From the NCBI GenBank assembly GCA_017883205.1, contig JADGNZ010000033.1, positions 3,595 through 67,594 on the forward strand: 64,000 nucleotides of DNA. Reading direction: 5' to 3'. This DNA is from Thermoanaerobaculia bacterium. Lineage in GTDB: Bacteria > Acidobacteriota > Thermoanaerobaculia > Gp7-AA8. Positions within the stretch are counted from its first letter, which is position 1; every line of letters starts with the position of its first letter. The position numbers were made by a program, and so were the translations under genes. Below the pieces are notes generated by a model. That model saw only the letters and a list, made by a program, of their open reading frames with translations. It was not told the DNA's origin and made no database searches. Of this stretch, positions 18,434 through 27,914 are shown piece after piece.

Positions 18434-18695
18434 GACGTAGTCTCCCTATGCGAGCTAGGCCGGAGGTGACGTCACGACTCGTCGACAAGTGCGAGCGGCC
18501 ACCGGCTGGAAATCCCGGCCACGCGCCGATTCTTCCGGTTGATGTTTGCCCGAGGCGTGTACACACCTCGGGTGCCCGCGGCAGGAGGAGATCAACTCAA
18601 CTCCCGCGCCGGTACAGGTCTGATGTGCTTATCCAGCACGCCCGTACCGCCGACAGCCGCCAAAGCCGGAGGTCTTACGATCTTCGACTTTGTAG
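18434..18695 (-). ncRNA. Putative structured 5' leader / ncRNA of cassette A
   Basis: About 260 nt between promoter and ATG with several hairpins (ggtac..gtacc, gtgct..agcac, cccgaggtgt..acgcctcggg) and motif blocks shared with 28190-28532. Confidence 0.5.
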
Positions 18696-18700
18696 CAAAA

Positions 18701-18729
18701 GATATAAGCCGGTTGAGACGTGATGTCAA
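18701..18729 (-). promoter_or_regulatory. sigma70-type promoter of cassette A
   Basis: On - strand: TTGACA, 17 nt, TATATC, followed by ttttgctacaaa. Confidence 0.65.
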
Positions 18730-18774
18730 GGGCACTGTGGAGACAAGTGCGGGTTGTAACGCTGCCGCAGTTTG

Positions 18775-19330
18775 TGCGCGCACCTGCGCACCGAGGTGAC
18801 CGCGTTGCTGTCCTTCATGGCCACATGTGCGGCGCAAGGTGACCGCATTGCGGCCCTTCATGTCCGCACGTACGGCGCAAGGTGACCGCATTGCGGCCCT
18901 TCATGGCCGCACGTGCGGCGCAAGATGACCGCATTGCGGCCCTTCATGTCCGCACGTGAGGCGCGAGTTGACCGCATTGCGGCCCTTCGTGTCCGCACGT
19001 GCGGCGCAAGTTGACCGCATTGCTGCCCTTCATGACCGCATTGCTGCTCTTCATGTCCGCACGTGCGGCGCAAGATGACCGCATTGCGGCTCTTCATGTC
19101 CGCATGTGAGGCGCGAGTTGACCGCATTGCTCCACGCCGTGTCCGCACTGCGGCCCGAGGTGACAGCGTTGCCGTACGCCGTATCCGCACTGCGGCCCGA
19201 TGGCGCAACGCTACGCGCGCCGTTTCCGAACGTGTGCACCGGAGGCGCAACGTTGCTGCGCGCCGGGTTCCACACGTGCGCGCCGAGGGTGTAGCGCTGG
19301 CGACACTGGAATGCACAGACGTGTGTTGCC
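18775..19330. repeat. Tandem array of 43-bp units (21+22-bp palindromic half-units)
   Basis: gaccgc(a/g)ttgc recurs at 18798, 18841, 18884, 18927, 18970, 19013, 19034 (half unit), 19077, 19120; degenerates beyond about 19160. Half-units carry ccgcattgcgg and ccgcacgtgcgg dyads. Confidence 0.92.
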
Positions 19331-19414
19331 ACGTCTCGGGGTCGACGGTCTCGACGCCGTCGCCACGATGAAGTCGTGATCATGGTTCATGGATGGGATG
19401 GAGTAGGAAATCCG

Positions 19415-19894
19415 CTAGCGTCTTGTCGCCACGAGTGAAACCGTGTCGATCCCCGACCCGCAACATGGGCCGGAAGTTGGACCGGTTAGCGTTGCCCTGA
19501 TCACACCGTTCGATACGCTGCCCGTGCCGTCGAGGGTGTACATACATGCGGTGAAGCCATTCCTCAGCGAAAGGTCGATCGCCGATCCCTTCACAGTCCC
19601 TCGCACAGTCGGGAGGTCAGGATTGATATTCGCAGAGAACGCGCACCCGTTCTGCCGAAGCTCCCAGCTCGCCAGGTAAACGCCGGTGGGACAATGCCCC
19701 TCGTACACCACATCGTAGATGCCCGAAACATCGGCACAGCCGGCAGGCGGGACTACTGCACGACCCCGTCCCACGCGAGTCGCCTCGGTGGTTACCGGGT
19801 GTGCGCTTTGCGCCGATTGCATCGGAGAGGTCGGCAACTCCTGTGAGCAGCCGGCAAAGAGCAGAGCCACGACGACAACCGCGAGCGCTTTCAT
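19415..19894 (-). CDS. Hypothetical Cys-containing lipoprotein
   Basis: Lipobox LFAGC after a hydrophobic signal; beta-strand-rich mature region with 6 further Cys. Confidence 0.7.
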   Translation of the reverse strand: MKALAVVVVALLFAGCSQELPTSPMQSAQSAHPVTTEATRVGRGRAVVPPAGCADVSGIYDVVYEGHCPTGVYLASWELRQNGCAFSANINPDLPTVRGTVKGSAIDLSLRNGFTACMYTLDGTGSVSNGVIRATLTGPTSGPCCGSGIDTVSLVATRR

Positions 19895-19921
19895 ATCGAA
19901 GAGAATGATACTCGTCGTAAT

Positions 19922-20024
19922 CCGAGAGGGGTCAGGTCGAAACCGAAACTGACGACAGCTTGCATCGAGCGGAATGGTCGTAGCGAAGTGTCGTCAGTTT
20001 CGGTTTCGACCTGACCCCTCTCGG
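19922..20024. repeat. Perfect 36-bp inverted repeat with 31-nt loop
   Basis: ccgagaggggtcaggtcgaaaccgaaactgacgaca (19922-19957) / tgtcgtcagtttcggtttcgacctgacccctctcgg (19989-20024). Confidence 0.9.
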
Positions 20025-20059
20025 TTCGTGCCAATCACGCGACGTTGGGGAGGTCTTTG

Positions 20060-20992
20060 ATGCCGGATCCGCGGCTCACCGTCATGGGGAGTTTCGTTGC
20101 CGATCTCGCGTTCCGAGCGCCGCGTCTGCCCGCCTGGGGTGAGACGGTCATGGGTTCCCAGTTCCGCCTCGGACCCGGCGGGAAGGGATCGAATCAGGCC
20201 GTTGCGGCCGCGCGCCTCGGCGGAACAGTCACCTTCATCAGCAAGCTCGGGCGCGATCCGTTCGGCGAACTGGCGCGCCGTACGTACAAGGAAGAGCGCA
20301 TCGACACTCGCTTCGTTTTCGAAACGCTCGATCATCCGACAGGCGGTGCAGCCGTCATCGTCGATGATGCAACGGGGGAGAACGCGATCGTCGTCGTGCC
20401 CGGCGCCGGTTTTCACGTGACCTCCGGCGACATCGATCAGGCCCGTGACGCCATCGTCCGGTCCGCCGTCTTCATGACGCAGCTCGAGCTCTCGCTCGAC
20501 GCCGTCGAGTACGGACTGCAGGTGGCGAAGTCTCTGGGCGTTCCGACGATCCTGAATCCTGCGCCCGCGTTGTCGCTTCCCGATCGCATCTATCCGTTTT
20601 GCGACTACATCACGCCGAACGAAACGGAAGCGGCGATCCTCGCGCAACAGCCGGTGACGGATCGACGAAGCGCGGAGCGCGTGGCGGAGATTCTGCTGTC
20701 GCGCGGCGCCGGCAACGTCGTGGTCACGCTCGGCGCGCAGGGTGCTCTCGTCAAGACGGCGAAGGTGACGCAGCATGTGCCAGCCATCGATGCCGGCCCG
20801 GTCGTCGAGACCACGGGCGCAGGCGACGCCTTCAACGGCGGTTTCGCTGTCGCTCTGGCGGAAGGTCTCGACATCGTCGCTGCGACACGCTTCGGTTGTG
20901 CCGTGGCCGGAATCTCGGTCACGAGGCACGGCACGGCTACCTCGATGCCGAAGCGCTCGGAAGTCGACGCGCTGTTGAAGAGCCTCTCGTGA
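20060..20992 (+). CDS. rbsK: Ribokinase (PfkB family)
   Basis: VMGSFVADL, GPGGKGSNQAVAAARLG, LNPAPA, ITPNETEA, VVTLGAQG, ETTGAGDAFNG. Confidence 0.88.
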   Translation: MPDPRLTVMGSFVADLAFRAPRLPAWGETVMGSQFRLGPGGKGSNQAVAAARLGGTVTFISKLGRDPFGELARRTYKEERIDTRFVFETLDHPTGGAAVIVDDATGENAIVVVPGAGFHVTSGDIDQARDAIVRSAVFMTQLELSLDAVEYGLQVAKSLGVPTILNPAPALSLPDRIYPFCDYITPNETEAAILAQQPVTDRRSAERVAEILLSRGAGNVVVTLGAQGALVKTAKVTQHVPAIDAGPVVETTGAGDAFNGGFAVALAEGLDIVAATRFGCAVAGISVTRHGTATSMPKRSEVDALLKSLS

Positions 20993-21179
20993 TGCGATAT
21001 TGCTGGCCGCAACGAAGGGCGATTCCAGTCACTATGCTGGCTGGTCATTACGAGGTGGAGACGCCGAAACCGGCTGAGACGGGTCATGCCGAAAGCGAAA
21101 GTGACGGCGCCTCGCGAACCGTTTCGCTGCTCGACCTTGCACATCAATCGCGCCGTTGACCTTGGCTTTCTGTCCCAAG

Positions 21180-21605
21180 TCAGTCGCTGACAACCTCAAC
21201 GCCGAGTGCACGTGCGGTGCGCAGTGCGCATCCAATGGGGTCCTTATTCACTTCGTGTTCCCAAAAACGGATCACTGTCCACCCATCCGCCTCGAGCCTG
21301 CGGTTGTTCCGGATATCGCGCTCGTGGTTCGTTCGTCGCTTCTCGGACCAGTACTCCAAGTTGGACTTGGGTGCGCGACCGTCAGGGCAGTCTGGACATG
21401 AATGCCAGAAACACCCATCCACGAACACCGCGACTCGCTTTTTCCCGAATGTGATGTCTGGCCTGCCAGGTATCTTCGAATGGAGACGGTAACCACGCAA
21501 GCCGCTCAGCCAGAGGAGCTTCCGAAGGATGATTTCAGGCTTTGTGTTCGTCGCCCGAATCCTTGACATGTTGAACGATCGGGTAGCTCTGTCGTGGACG
21601 TCCAT
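21180..21605 (-). CDS. vsr: Very short patch repair endonuclease
   Basis: MDVHDRATRSFNMSRIRATNTKPE, PGRPDI, VFVDGCFWH, GWTVIRFWEHE. Confidence 0.93.
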   Translation of the reverse strand: MDVHDRATRSFNMSRIRATNTKPEIILRKLLWLSGLRGYRLHSKIPGRPDITFGKKRVAVFVDGCFWHSCPDCPDGRAPKSNLEYWSEKRRTNHERDIRNNRRLEADGWTVIRFWEHEVNKDPIGCALRTARALGVEVVSD

Positions 21606-21670
21606 CGGCGTGTTTTCTACGAGAAGTAGAAGGTCTTGCGCTCACGAAAGCTTCCGGTACACTGAGCTTG

Positions 21671-22675
21671 ATGCCGACGGTATTCGAAATTTGCGCGGGA
21701 GCAGGCGGACAGGCCATTGGGCTTGAAGCCGCAGGTTTCGACTGCGTCGCGGCCGTCGAGCTTGACCATCACGCTTGCGAGACGCTCCGCCTCAATAGGC
21801 CGGAGTGGAACGTGGTCGAGGAAGATGTTCGTAAGGTTGATGGCACCCGGTATCGGGGTCAGGTCGACCTGCTGGCCGGCGGCGTACCTTGTCCCCCGTT
21901 TTCTATCGCCGGGAAGCAGCTCGGCAGCGATGACGAGCGCGATCTCTTCCCCGAAGCCCTCCGGCTTGCCGCTGAGATGCAACCGCGTGCGATCATGCTC
22001 GAGAATGTTCCCGGGTTTGCGTCAGAGAAGTTCCGCGAGTATCGCCGCGGCCTCTTTGCCCGGCTCAAGCGACTTGGTTACATCGCTGACTTTAGGATTC
22101 TCAACGCATCGAGCTTCGGTGTTCCCCAACTTCGACCACGCTGCGTCGTGGTTGCGCTGAAAGCCGACGACCTCGACTACTTCCGATGGCCGGAAGCGAA
22201 TGGGCTCGTCGCTTCAAGCGTCGGCGAGGTTCTCTCTGACCTGATCGCGGCCGGCGGCTGGCGCGGCGTCACCAAGTGGATGCGCCGTGCGAATGGAATT
22301 GCTCCGACGGTCGTCGGCGGGTCGAAGAAGCACGGTGGACCCGATCTTGGGCCGACGCGAGCCCGGGCTCAGTGGGCGCAGTTAGGCGTCGACGGCCTCG
22401 GAATCTCGGACGCGGCGCCAGATCGGGATTTCCCCGTCGATGCGATGCCGAAACTCACCGTTCGCATGGTTGCGAGGATTCAGGGTTTCCCCGACTCCTG
22501 GCAGATCGCCGGTCGGAAGACGGCCGCATACCGGCAAGTGGGAAACGCCTTTCCGCCGCCGGTCGCAGAGAAGGTTGCCGAGGCGATCCGTCGCGCTTTC
22601 GAGCGCGTGTATGAAGTCCCACTCGACGGAGAGCAGATTCGTATCTTCGGTCGCAAGCGGGCAGCCACCTCCTGA
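21671..22675 (+). CDS. DNA (cytosine-5) methyltransferase, M.NaeI/M.NgoMIV-like
   Basis: ICAGAGG, GGVPCPPFS, ENVPG, PQLRPR, QVGNAFPP; TRD APTVVGGSKKHGGPDLGPTRA resembles GCCGGC-specific enzymes. Confidence 0.9.
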   Translation: MPTVFEICAGAGGQAIGLEAAGFDCVAAVELDHHACETLRLNRPEWNVVEEDVRKVDGTRYRGQVDLLAGGVPCPPFSIAGKQLGSDDERDLFPEALRLAAEMQPRAIMLENVPGFASEKFREYRRGLFARLKRLGYIADFRILNASSFGVPQLRPRCVVVALKADDLDYFRWPEANGLVASSVGEVLSDLIAAGGWRGVTKWMRRANGIAPTVVGGSKKHGGPDLGPTRARAQWAQLGVDGLGISDAAPDRDFPVDAMPKLTVRMVARIQGFPDSWQIAGRKTAAYRQVGNAFPPPVAEKVAEAIRRAFERVYEVPLDGEQIRIFGRKRAATS

Positions 22676-22776
22676 GCGCGTGGAATCTGTCCTACAAGTT
22701 CTACAGATCGTAGAGTAGGCTTCCTCAGCGATCGATGACGCCGGTTCAGTAAGCTTGGTGTCGTCGCGCGCCGGAC

Positions 22777-23637
22777 ATGCCCGGACAACACCAGAACGAC
22801 GAGATACTTCTCCTGATCTCCAACGCGCTCCTGAAGTCCGCGGGCGGGTTAACAAAACTCTCTCTGGAGGTGGGGGAGCTTCTCCGTGAATGCTTCGACG
22901 GGGTCATCAAGACTCCGAAGACGGGGCGGCGACTCTACGAGGAGCTTGAGAAGACAGAGAAGACGCACATCGGCACCTGCGTCGAGATCGAGCTCCGTCA
23001 CCGCCTGAAGCTCGCACGCGGCAAAATGCTGGACTGCGAGATCGCCGGACTTGAAGTAGACATCAAGTTCAGCGTTGGTACGTCTTGGATGATCCCTCCA
23101 GAAGCGTTTGCCAGACCATGCATCATCATCTCTGCCGACGAGAAGAATGCGCGCTGCTGCTTCGGCTTCTTCATCGCGCAGGGTGAATACCTGAGTGCGG
23201 GCAACCGCGATAAGAAGTGCAGCATCAACAAATTGGGGCGAGAGAGCATACGGTGGCTCCTGAAAGACGAACCGTACCCACCGAACTTTTGGCAGTCGGT
23301 ACCCCGAGACGTCGCAGACCAGATCGCATCCGGCCGGAGTGGGAACGATCGGATGATCACGCTCTTTCGCGAGGTAATGGACCAGCCGATCAGCCGTAAG
23401 GTGATTGAGGATGTCGCAGCGCAAAAAGATCCCACAAGGCGCGTCCGGGGCGACAAGACACGCGGAACGCGGAACCGCCTCGCGAAAGACTCGATCATTC
23501 TGCTGTGTGGCGATTGGTCCGAAGCCCAGGAGTTCATCAGCAGCGCCGGCCTGCCATCGCTAGGCAAGAGTGAGTTCATGTCCCACCGCGTGGTTGGAGA
23601 TGAAGTCGCGCTCGCCAAGAAACTCGGTTTGCTATAG
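22777..23637 (+). CDS. NaeI-family type II restriction endonuclease
   Basis: TGRRLYEELEKTEKTHIGTCVEI, VDIKFS, WMIPPEA, GNRDKK, QKDPTRRVR pattern; adjacent to C5 methylase and vsr. Confidence 0.82.
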   Translation: MPGQHQNDEILLLISNALLKSAGGLTKLSLEVGELLRECFDGVIKTPKTGRRLYEELEKTEKTHIGTCVEIELRHRLKLARGKMLDCEIAGLEVDIKFSVGTSWMIPPEAFARPCIIISADEKNARCCFGFFIAQGEYLSAGNRDKKCSINKLGRESIRWLLKDEPYPPNFWQSVPRDVADQIASGRSGNDRMITLFREVMDQPISRKVIEDVAAQKDPTRRVRGDKTRGTRNRLAKDSIILLCGDWSEAQEFISSAGLPSLGKSEFMSHRVVGDEVALAKKLGLL

Positions 23638-23824
23638 CCGCCTGGGATTGAGTTGGTGTCCTATCTGGAACCCCAACTAACGGGCGCGCGCGAGAGAGTT
23701 TTCGGTAAGTTGGTTTCCCCGATGCGACCGCAACCTTAACGTCTCGATTGGCGTCGTTCCCATCGCCAATTTCGTGACCCAGCGCACGTCCGCCCATCCT
23801 TCGCCCGCGCAGAATGAAATCCGC

Positions 23825-25969
23825 ATGAAAGCCCTCCTCCTCGCCGTCACGCTTGCCAATCCCATTCTCTTCGTGACGCAGGTGCCGGTTCCTGGCGACT
23901 TCACCACCGTTGCGTCGACGTTTGGCAACCATCTGGCCGCGGTGGCGGAGGCGCCGCGTGGGGGGGATCTTTGGATCCGGTATCCCGATGGGACGACGAA
24001 GAACCTCACGCGGGCGGCGGGGTTCGGGAACGGCGGGATGCAGTCCGCGGCGTCGATCGCCGTGCGCGAGCCGTCGGTGCACTGGAGCGGGACGAAGGCT
24101 CTCTTCAGCATGGTCATCGGGGCGCCTTCGCAGCAGTATGTCTGGGAGACCTACTACTGGCAGATTTACGAGATCACAGGACTCGGCGAGAACGAGACGC
24201 CGGTCATCCGCAAGATCCCCAATCAGCCGGCGAGCTACAACAACGTCAGTCCGTTCTATGGCACCGACGACCGCATCCTCTTTACGTCCGACCGCCCCCG
24301 CAGCGGCGAACGGCATCTCTACCCGCAGCTCGATGAGTACGAAGAGGCGCCGACCGTCACCGGACTCTGGAGCCTCGATCCCGTGGCCGGCGATCTGCGG
24401 ATGCTCGACCACACGCCGTCGGGGCTCTTCACTCCGTCGATCGACAGCTTCGGCCGTGTGATCTTCACGCGATGGGATCACCTGCAGCGCGACCAGCAGG
24501 CCGACACCGATGCGACGGAAGGTGGCTCGTATGGGACGTTCGACTACGCGGACGAATCAGCGAGCGCGGCGCGTCTCGATCAGCGCGTGGAGATCTTTCC
24601 CGAGCCGCGCAGCAGCCGGACCGATCTTCTCGCCGGCACCAACCTCGAGGGGAACAGCATCAACCACTTCTTTCCGTGGGAGATCAATGAGGATGGGACA
24701 TCCGAGGAGACGGTGAACCATGTGGGGCGCCACGAGCTCTTCGGGTACTTCAACCGGAGCATGAACGACAGCGGGCTTTCGGAGTTCAATGGCGACGTTA
24801 ATCGGGCAAACCAGAACATCGTCGACAGCCTTTTCCAGTTGCACGAGGATCCGACTCGGCCGGGCGTCTACTATGGCGTCGATGCGCCTGAGTTCCAGAC
24901 CCACGCCTCGGGACAGATCGTCCGCTTCGCCGCGGAGCCGTCGCGAACGGCGGACAACATCGCCATCACGTACATCACCCCTCGCTCGACGCGCGACGTC
25001 GCGCAGGGCACGCCGGCGGCCGACGCGTCGGGGCACTATCGCGATCCGCTGCCTCTCGCGGACGGGACGTTCCTCGCGGTGCATACGAGCGAGTTGCGCG
25101 GGGACAACAACGACGGCTCGCGCGCGGCGCCGACGTCGCGATACGCATTCCGCATCCGGACGATGACGCCTCAGGGCGGCGTCTACGTGCCCGGACAGGC
25201 TCTGACTCAGGGCATCCAGGGAAGCGTGTCGTACTTCGATCCCGACGTATTAGTGACTTGGTCGGGCGAGATGTGGGAGCTGAGTCCGGTGGAGGTGCGG
25301 GCGAGGCAGCGGCCGGCTCGGCGGACGACGCTGATCGAGGAGCCGGAAGCGAAGATCTTCCGCGAGGAGAACGTCGACCTCGCCGCGTTTCGCGCGAACC
25401 TGCAGGCGCGCAATCTCGCGCTGATCGTCAGCCGCAACGTGACCGCGCGCGATGGGGCGGACAAACAGCAACCCTACAACCTTCACGTCACCGGCAGCTC
25501 GACGCAGAAGGTGGAGGGGAGCAGCAAGCTATTCGACATCGCTCACCTCCAACTCTTCCAGGCCGACCAGCTCCGCGGCCTCGGCGGCACCGCATCGCCG
25601 CGCGACGGGCGCCGCGTACTCGCGCGCGTGATGCACGACCCCGCAGTGAAGAACGCGCCGACCTCGGGCCCGGCTGGCAGCGTGCAGATCGCCGCCGACG
25701 GATCGATCGCCGCGTTCGTCCCCGCGCATCGCGCCATGAGCTGGCAACTGACGGACGCCGCGGGAACGCCGGTCGTGCGCGAGCGCTACTGGCTGACGTT
25801 CCAGCCCGGCGAGGTCCGCGTCTGCAGCGCCTGCCACGCTGTCAACTCCCACGATCAGCTCGGCGCCTCCGCCCCGACGAATTCCCCCGAGGCGCTGCGA
25901 ACGCTGCTGCGAACGTGGAAGGCATCGCAGACGACAACGCCATCACGACGCCGATCGGCAGGGAAGTGA
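23825..25969 (+). CDS. Secreted HzsA-related beta-propeller protein with C-terminal CxxCH
   Basis: Short signal peptide; VREPSVHWSGTKALFSM, YNNVSPFY, ILFTSDRP, GRVIFTRWD; DGSIAAFVPA...WLTFQPGEVRVCSACH; tail SRRRSAGK. Confidence 0.7.
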   Translation: MKALLLAVTLANPILFVTQVPVPGDFTTVASTFGNHLAAVAEAPRGGDLWIRYPDGTTKNLTRAAGFGNGGMQSAASIAVREPSVHWSGTKALFSMVIGAPSQQYVWETYYWQIYEITGLGENETPVIRKIPNQPASYNNVSPFYGTDDRILFTSDRPRSGERHLYPQLDEYEEAPTVTGLWSLDPVAGDLRMLDHTPSGLFTPSIDSFGRVIFTRWDHLQRDQQADTDATEGGSYGTFDYADESASAARLDQRVEIFPEPRSSRTDLLAGTNLEGNSINHFFPWEINEDGTSEETVNHVGRHELFGYFNRSMNDSGLSEFNGDVNRANQNIVDSLFQLHEDPTRPGVYYGVDAPEFQTHASGQIVRFAAEPSRTADNIAITYITPRSTRDVAQGTPAADASGHYRDPLPLADGTFLAVHTSELRGDNNDGSRAAPTSRYAFRIRTMTPQGGVYVPGQALTQGIQGSVSYFDPDVLVTWSGEMWELSPVEVRARQRPARRTTLIEEPEAKIFREENVDLAAFRANLQARNLALIVSRNVTARDGADKQQPYNLHVTGSSTQKVEGSSKLFDIAHLQLFQADQLRGLGGTASPRDGRRVLARVMHDPAVKNAPTSGPAGSVQIAADGSIAAFVPAHRAMSWQLTDAAGTPVVRERYWLTFQPGEVRVCSACHAVNSHDQLGASAPTNSPEALRTLLRTWKASQTTTPSRRRSAGK

Positions 25970-26183
25970 TGTTGGGGAACTGATCGGGATCGAACCGATT
26001 ACGCTCTGAGCGCGATCTGCGCGGCTGTGGGTCAATTTGGAAAACCGATCACCACAGAGGCACAAAGGTCACAGAGACACCTCCGCGTTCTCTGCGTCTC
26101 TGTGGTTGTCCTTGCTTTGGCGACACGATTAAGCCGTTACGTATTTCGTGCCCTCGGCAGATTACAATCGGCCAGGAGCACCG

Positions 26184-27800
26184 ATGATCTCGCTCACGCG
26201 CGCAACCTTCCCCGCGATCCTGCTGTTGGTACTCGTGACCTCACCGCTCACGGCGGCGACGCGCACCTGGAGTGGCGCCGTGAGCGACCGTTGGAGCGAC
26301 CTTCAGAATTGGGATGGGAGCGGGCCCCTTGCCGGCGACGATCTGGTCTTTCCCCATCTGAGCGGGGGTGGGGGGGGCACTACGAACGACCTCCCTCCCG
26401 GAACGATGTTCCATTCGATCACGCTCAATGGCTTCGGCTACCGGTTCGGCGGAAACGGAATCGTCCTCGGCGCAGGTGGACTCATCCTCCACAACCCTTT
26501 CCTCGCCTCGCTGATCCACACCGATTTGAAGTTCGCCAGCATTACGCTCGGGGAGTCGCAGACCTGGAGCGGGCCTGCCGGTGAATACACCCACCTCGGA
26601 CCGCTGAACCTCAACGGCAAGACATTGACGATCACGAATTTCGTCCGCCCGGAATTCGACTCGATCAGCGGGACGGGCGCCATCATCGAGAATAATCCGA
26701 ATGGTCTCGTGAGCAGCGCCAGCTCGACCTATCTCGGCACGGTAACGGTCGATTCCGGCTTGTTCCAGATCAGTGGGACGGCAGGCGACGTCCAGGTCAC
26801 CGGTCACGGTTTCGGCGGCGACGACCAGGCGAATCAGGCGAACGCGACGCTCGGACTGGCCGGTGCCAACGTCGCCAATGTGACGGTGAACGGCAGCGGC
26901 GCGCTCACTCTTGATTCCTATCCGGGAACATCGTATGCCGGCAGTCTTGTCTTCGCGCCCGCGGCCGGAGATCCCGCGTGGTTCGTCCTCGCGGACGGTC
27001 CGCTTCCGGTAGCCTGCAACGTCGCCGGCAACGTGGCACTCGGCAACGCGCTGCTCGTTGTCGGTCCCCACTCCGCGTTCACGCTCATCCACAGTCAGGG
27101 TGCCGGTCCGGTCGGCGGTACGTTTCTTGGTTTGCCGGAGGGAGCGATTTTCGGTAACGGGATGTGGGCTCGCATCTCCTATACCGGTGGTGCCGGGAAT
27201 GACGTGACTCTCACGCCGGTGAGCACGGCCGTCACCGGCACCACGACGACGATTACGTCATCCGCAAATCCATCTGCGCCAGGACAGGTCGTCACGTTCA
27301 CGGCAGCCGTGACTTCGGCCTCGGGCACGCCGGCGGGCGAGGTTCGCTTCTACGACGGAGGCCTCCTTCTCGGCACGTCCGTGCTGAGCGCATCGGGTCG
27401 TGCCGCCTTGGCCACGTCGTTCGCGGCAGGATCGCACCTCGTCACGGCGGCATATCTCGGCGCGGACACCGTGGCAACCAGTCAGGCAGGCGTCCGGCAG
27501 GCCGCCTGCGACCCGCCGATCCTGACCCAACAGCCGGCATCGCAGACGATCGCTTCAGGGCAGCGGATGACGCTCATGGTTCAAACGAGCGCCACGCCAC
27601 CGTTCTCGCTCCAGTGGTACCAGGGATTGTCGGGCGACACGTCGACGCCAATCTTCGGCGCGATCTCGCAGACGTTCACGCCGCCTGCGCTGACGCGGAG
27701 CACGTCGTTCTGGGTGCAGCTCACCAGTGTCTGCGGCAACGTGCAAAGCGCCACAGCGACGATCACCGTCCAGTCGAGGCGGCGAACCGCCGGCCACTGA
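26184..27800 (+). CDS. Secreted protein: autotransporter-passenger-like repeats plus Ig-like domains
   Basis: Signal peptide, TRTWSG...WSDLQNW, ISYTGGAGNDVTL, Big_3-like (SSANPSAPGQVVTFTA), Ig (QQPASQTI...QWYQG); tail SRRRTAGH; RBS aggag. Confidence 0.75.
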   Translation: MISLTRATFPAILLLVLVTSPLTAATRTWSGAVSDRWSDLQNWDGSGPLAGDDLVFPHLSGGGGGTTNDLPPGTMFHSITLNGFGYRFGGNGIVLGAGGLILHNPFLASLIHTDLKFASITLGESQTWSGPAGEYTHLGPLNLNGKTLTITNFVRPEFDSISGTGAIIENNPNGLVSSASSTYLGTVTVDSGLFQISGTAGDVQVTGHGFGGDDQANQANATLGLAGANVANVTVNGSGALTLDSYPGTSYAGSLVFAPAAGDPAWFVLADGPLPVACNVAGNVALGNALLVVGPHSAFTLIHSQGAGPVGGTFLGLPEGAIFGNGMWARISYTGGAGNDVTLTPVSTAVTGTTTTITSSANPSAPGQVVTFTAAVTSASGTPAGEVRFYDGGLLLGTSVLSASGRAALATSFAAGSHLVTAAYLGADTVATSQAGVRQAACDPPILTQQPASQTIASGQRMTLMVQTSATPPFSLQWYQGLSGDTSTPIFGAISQTFTPPALTRSTSFWVQLTSVCGNVQSATATITVQSRRRTAGH

Positions 27801-27813
27801 TCTGCAAAGGCTT

Positions 27814-27875
27814 ATCCGCAGATTACGCAGATGAGACGCAGATAAAGAACTCTTCGATCTGCGTCATCTGCGGAT
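27814..27875. repeat. ATCCGCAGAT-type inverted repeat, copy 2
   Basis: atccgcagattacgcagat ... atctgcgtcatctgcggat. Confidence 0.75.
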
Positions 27876-27914
27876 CATGAACCTTCCTCTCGATATTCGA
27901 GTCTTCAGTCTCGA

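Noticed and set aside
18775-19330. CRISPR array interpretation of the 43-bp array (and of 27915-28150 and 29243-29339)
   Set aside because: No unique spacers between repeats and no cas genes in the window.
18592-19383. Repeat-derived ORFs across array A
   Set aside because: The 43-bp period shifts frame each unit; no RBS or coherent protein pattern.
21050-21116. Possible ribozyme-like fold (cgagg..cgccg / cggcg cctcg with gaaa loops)
   Set aside because: The hammerhead core CUGANGA is not matched (ctgagac) and there is no second copy; unsupported without an Rfam search.
22650-22675. Methylase C-terminus GRKRAATS resembling the exoprotein tail
   Set aside because: Cytoplasmic enzyme without signal peptide; treated as a chance match and kept as a caveat.
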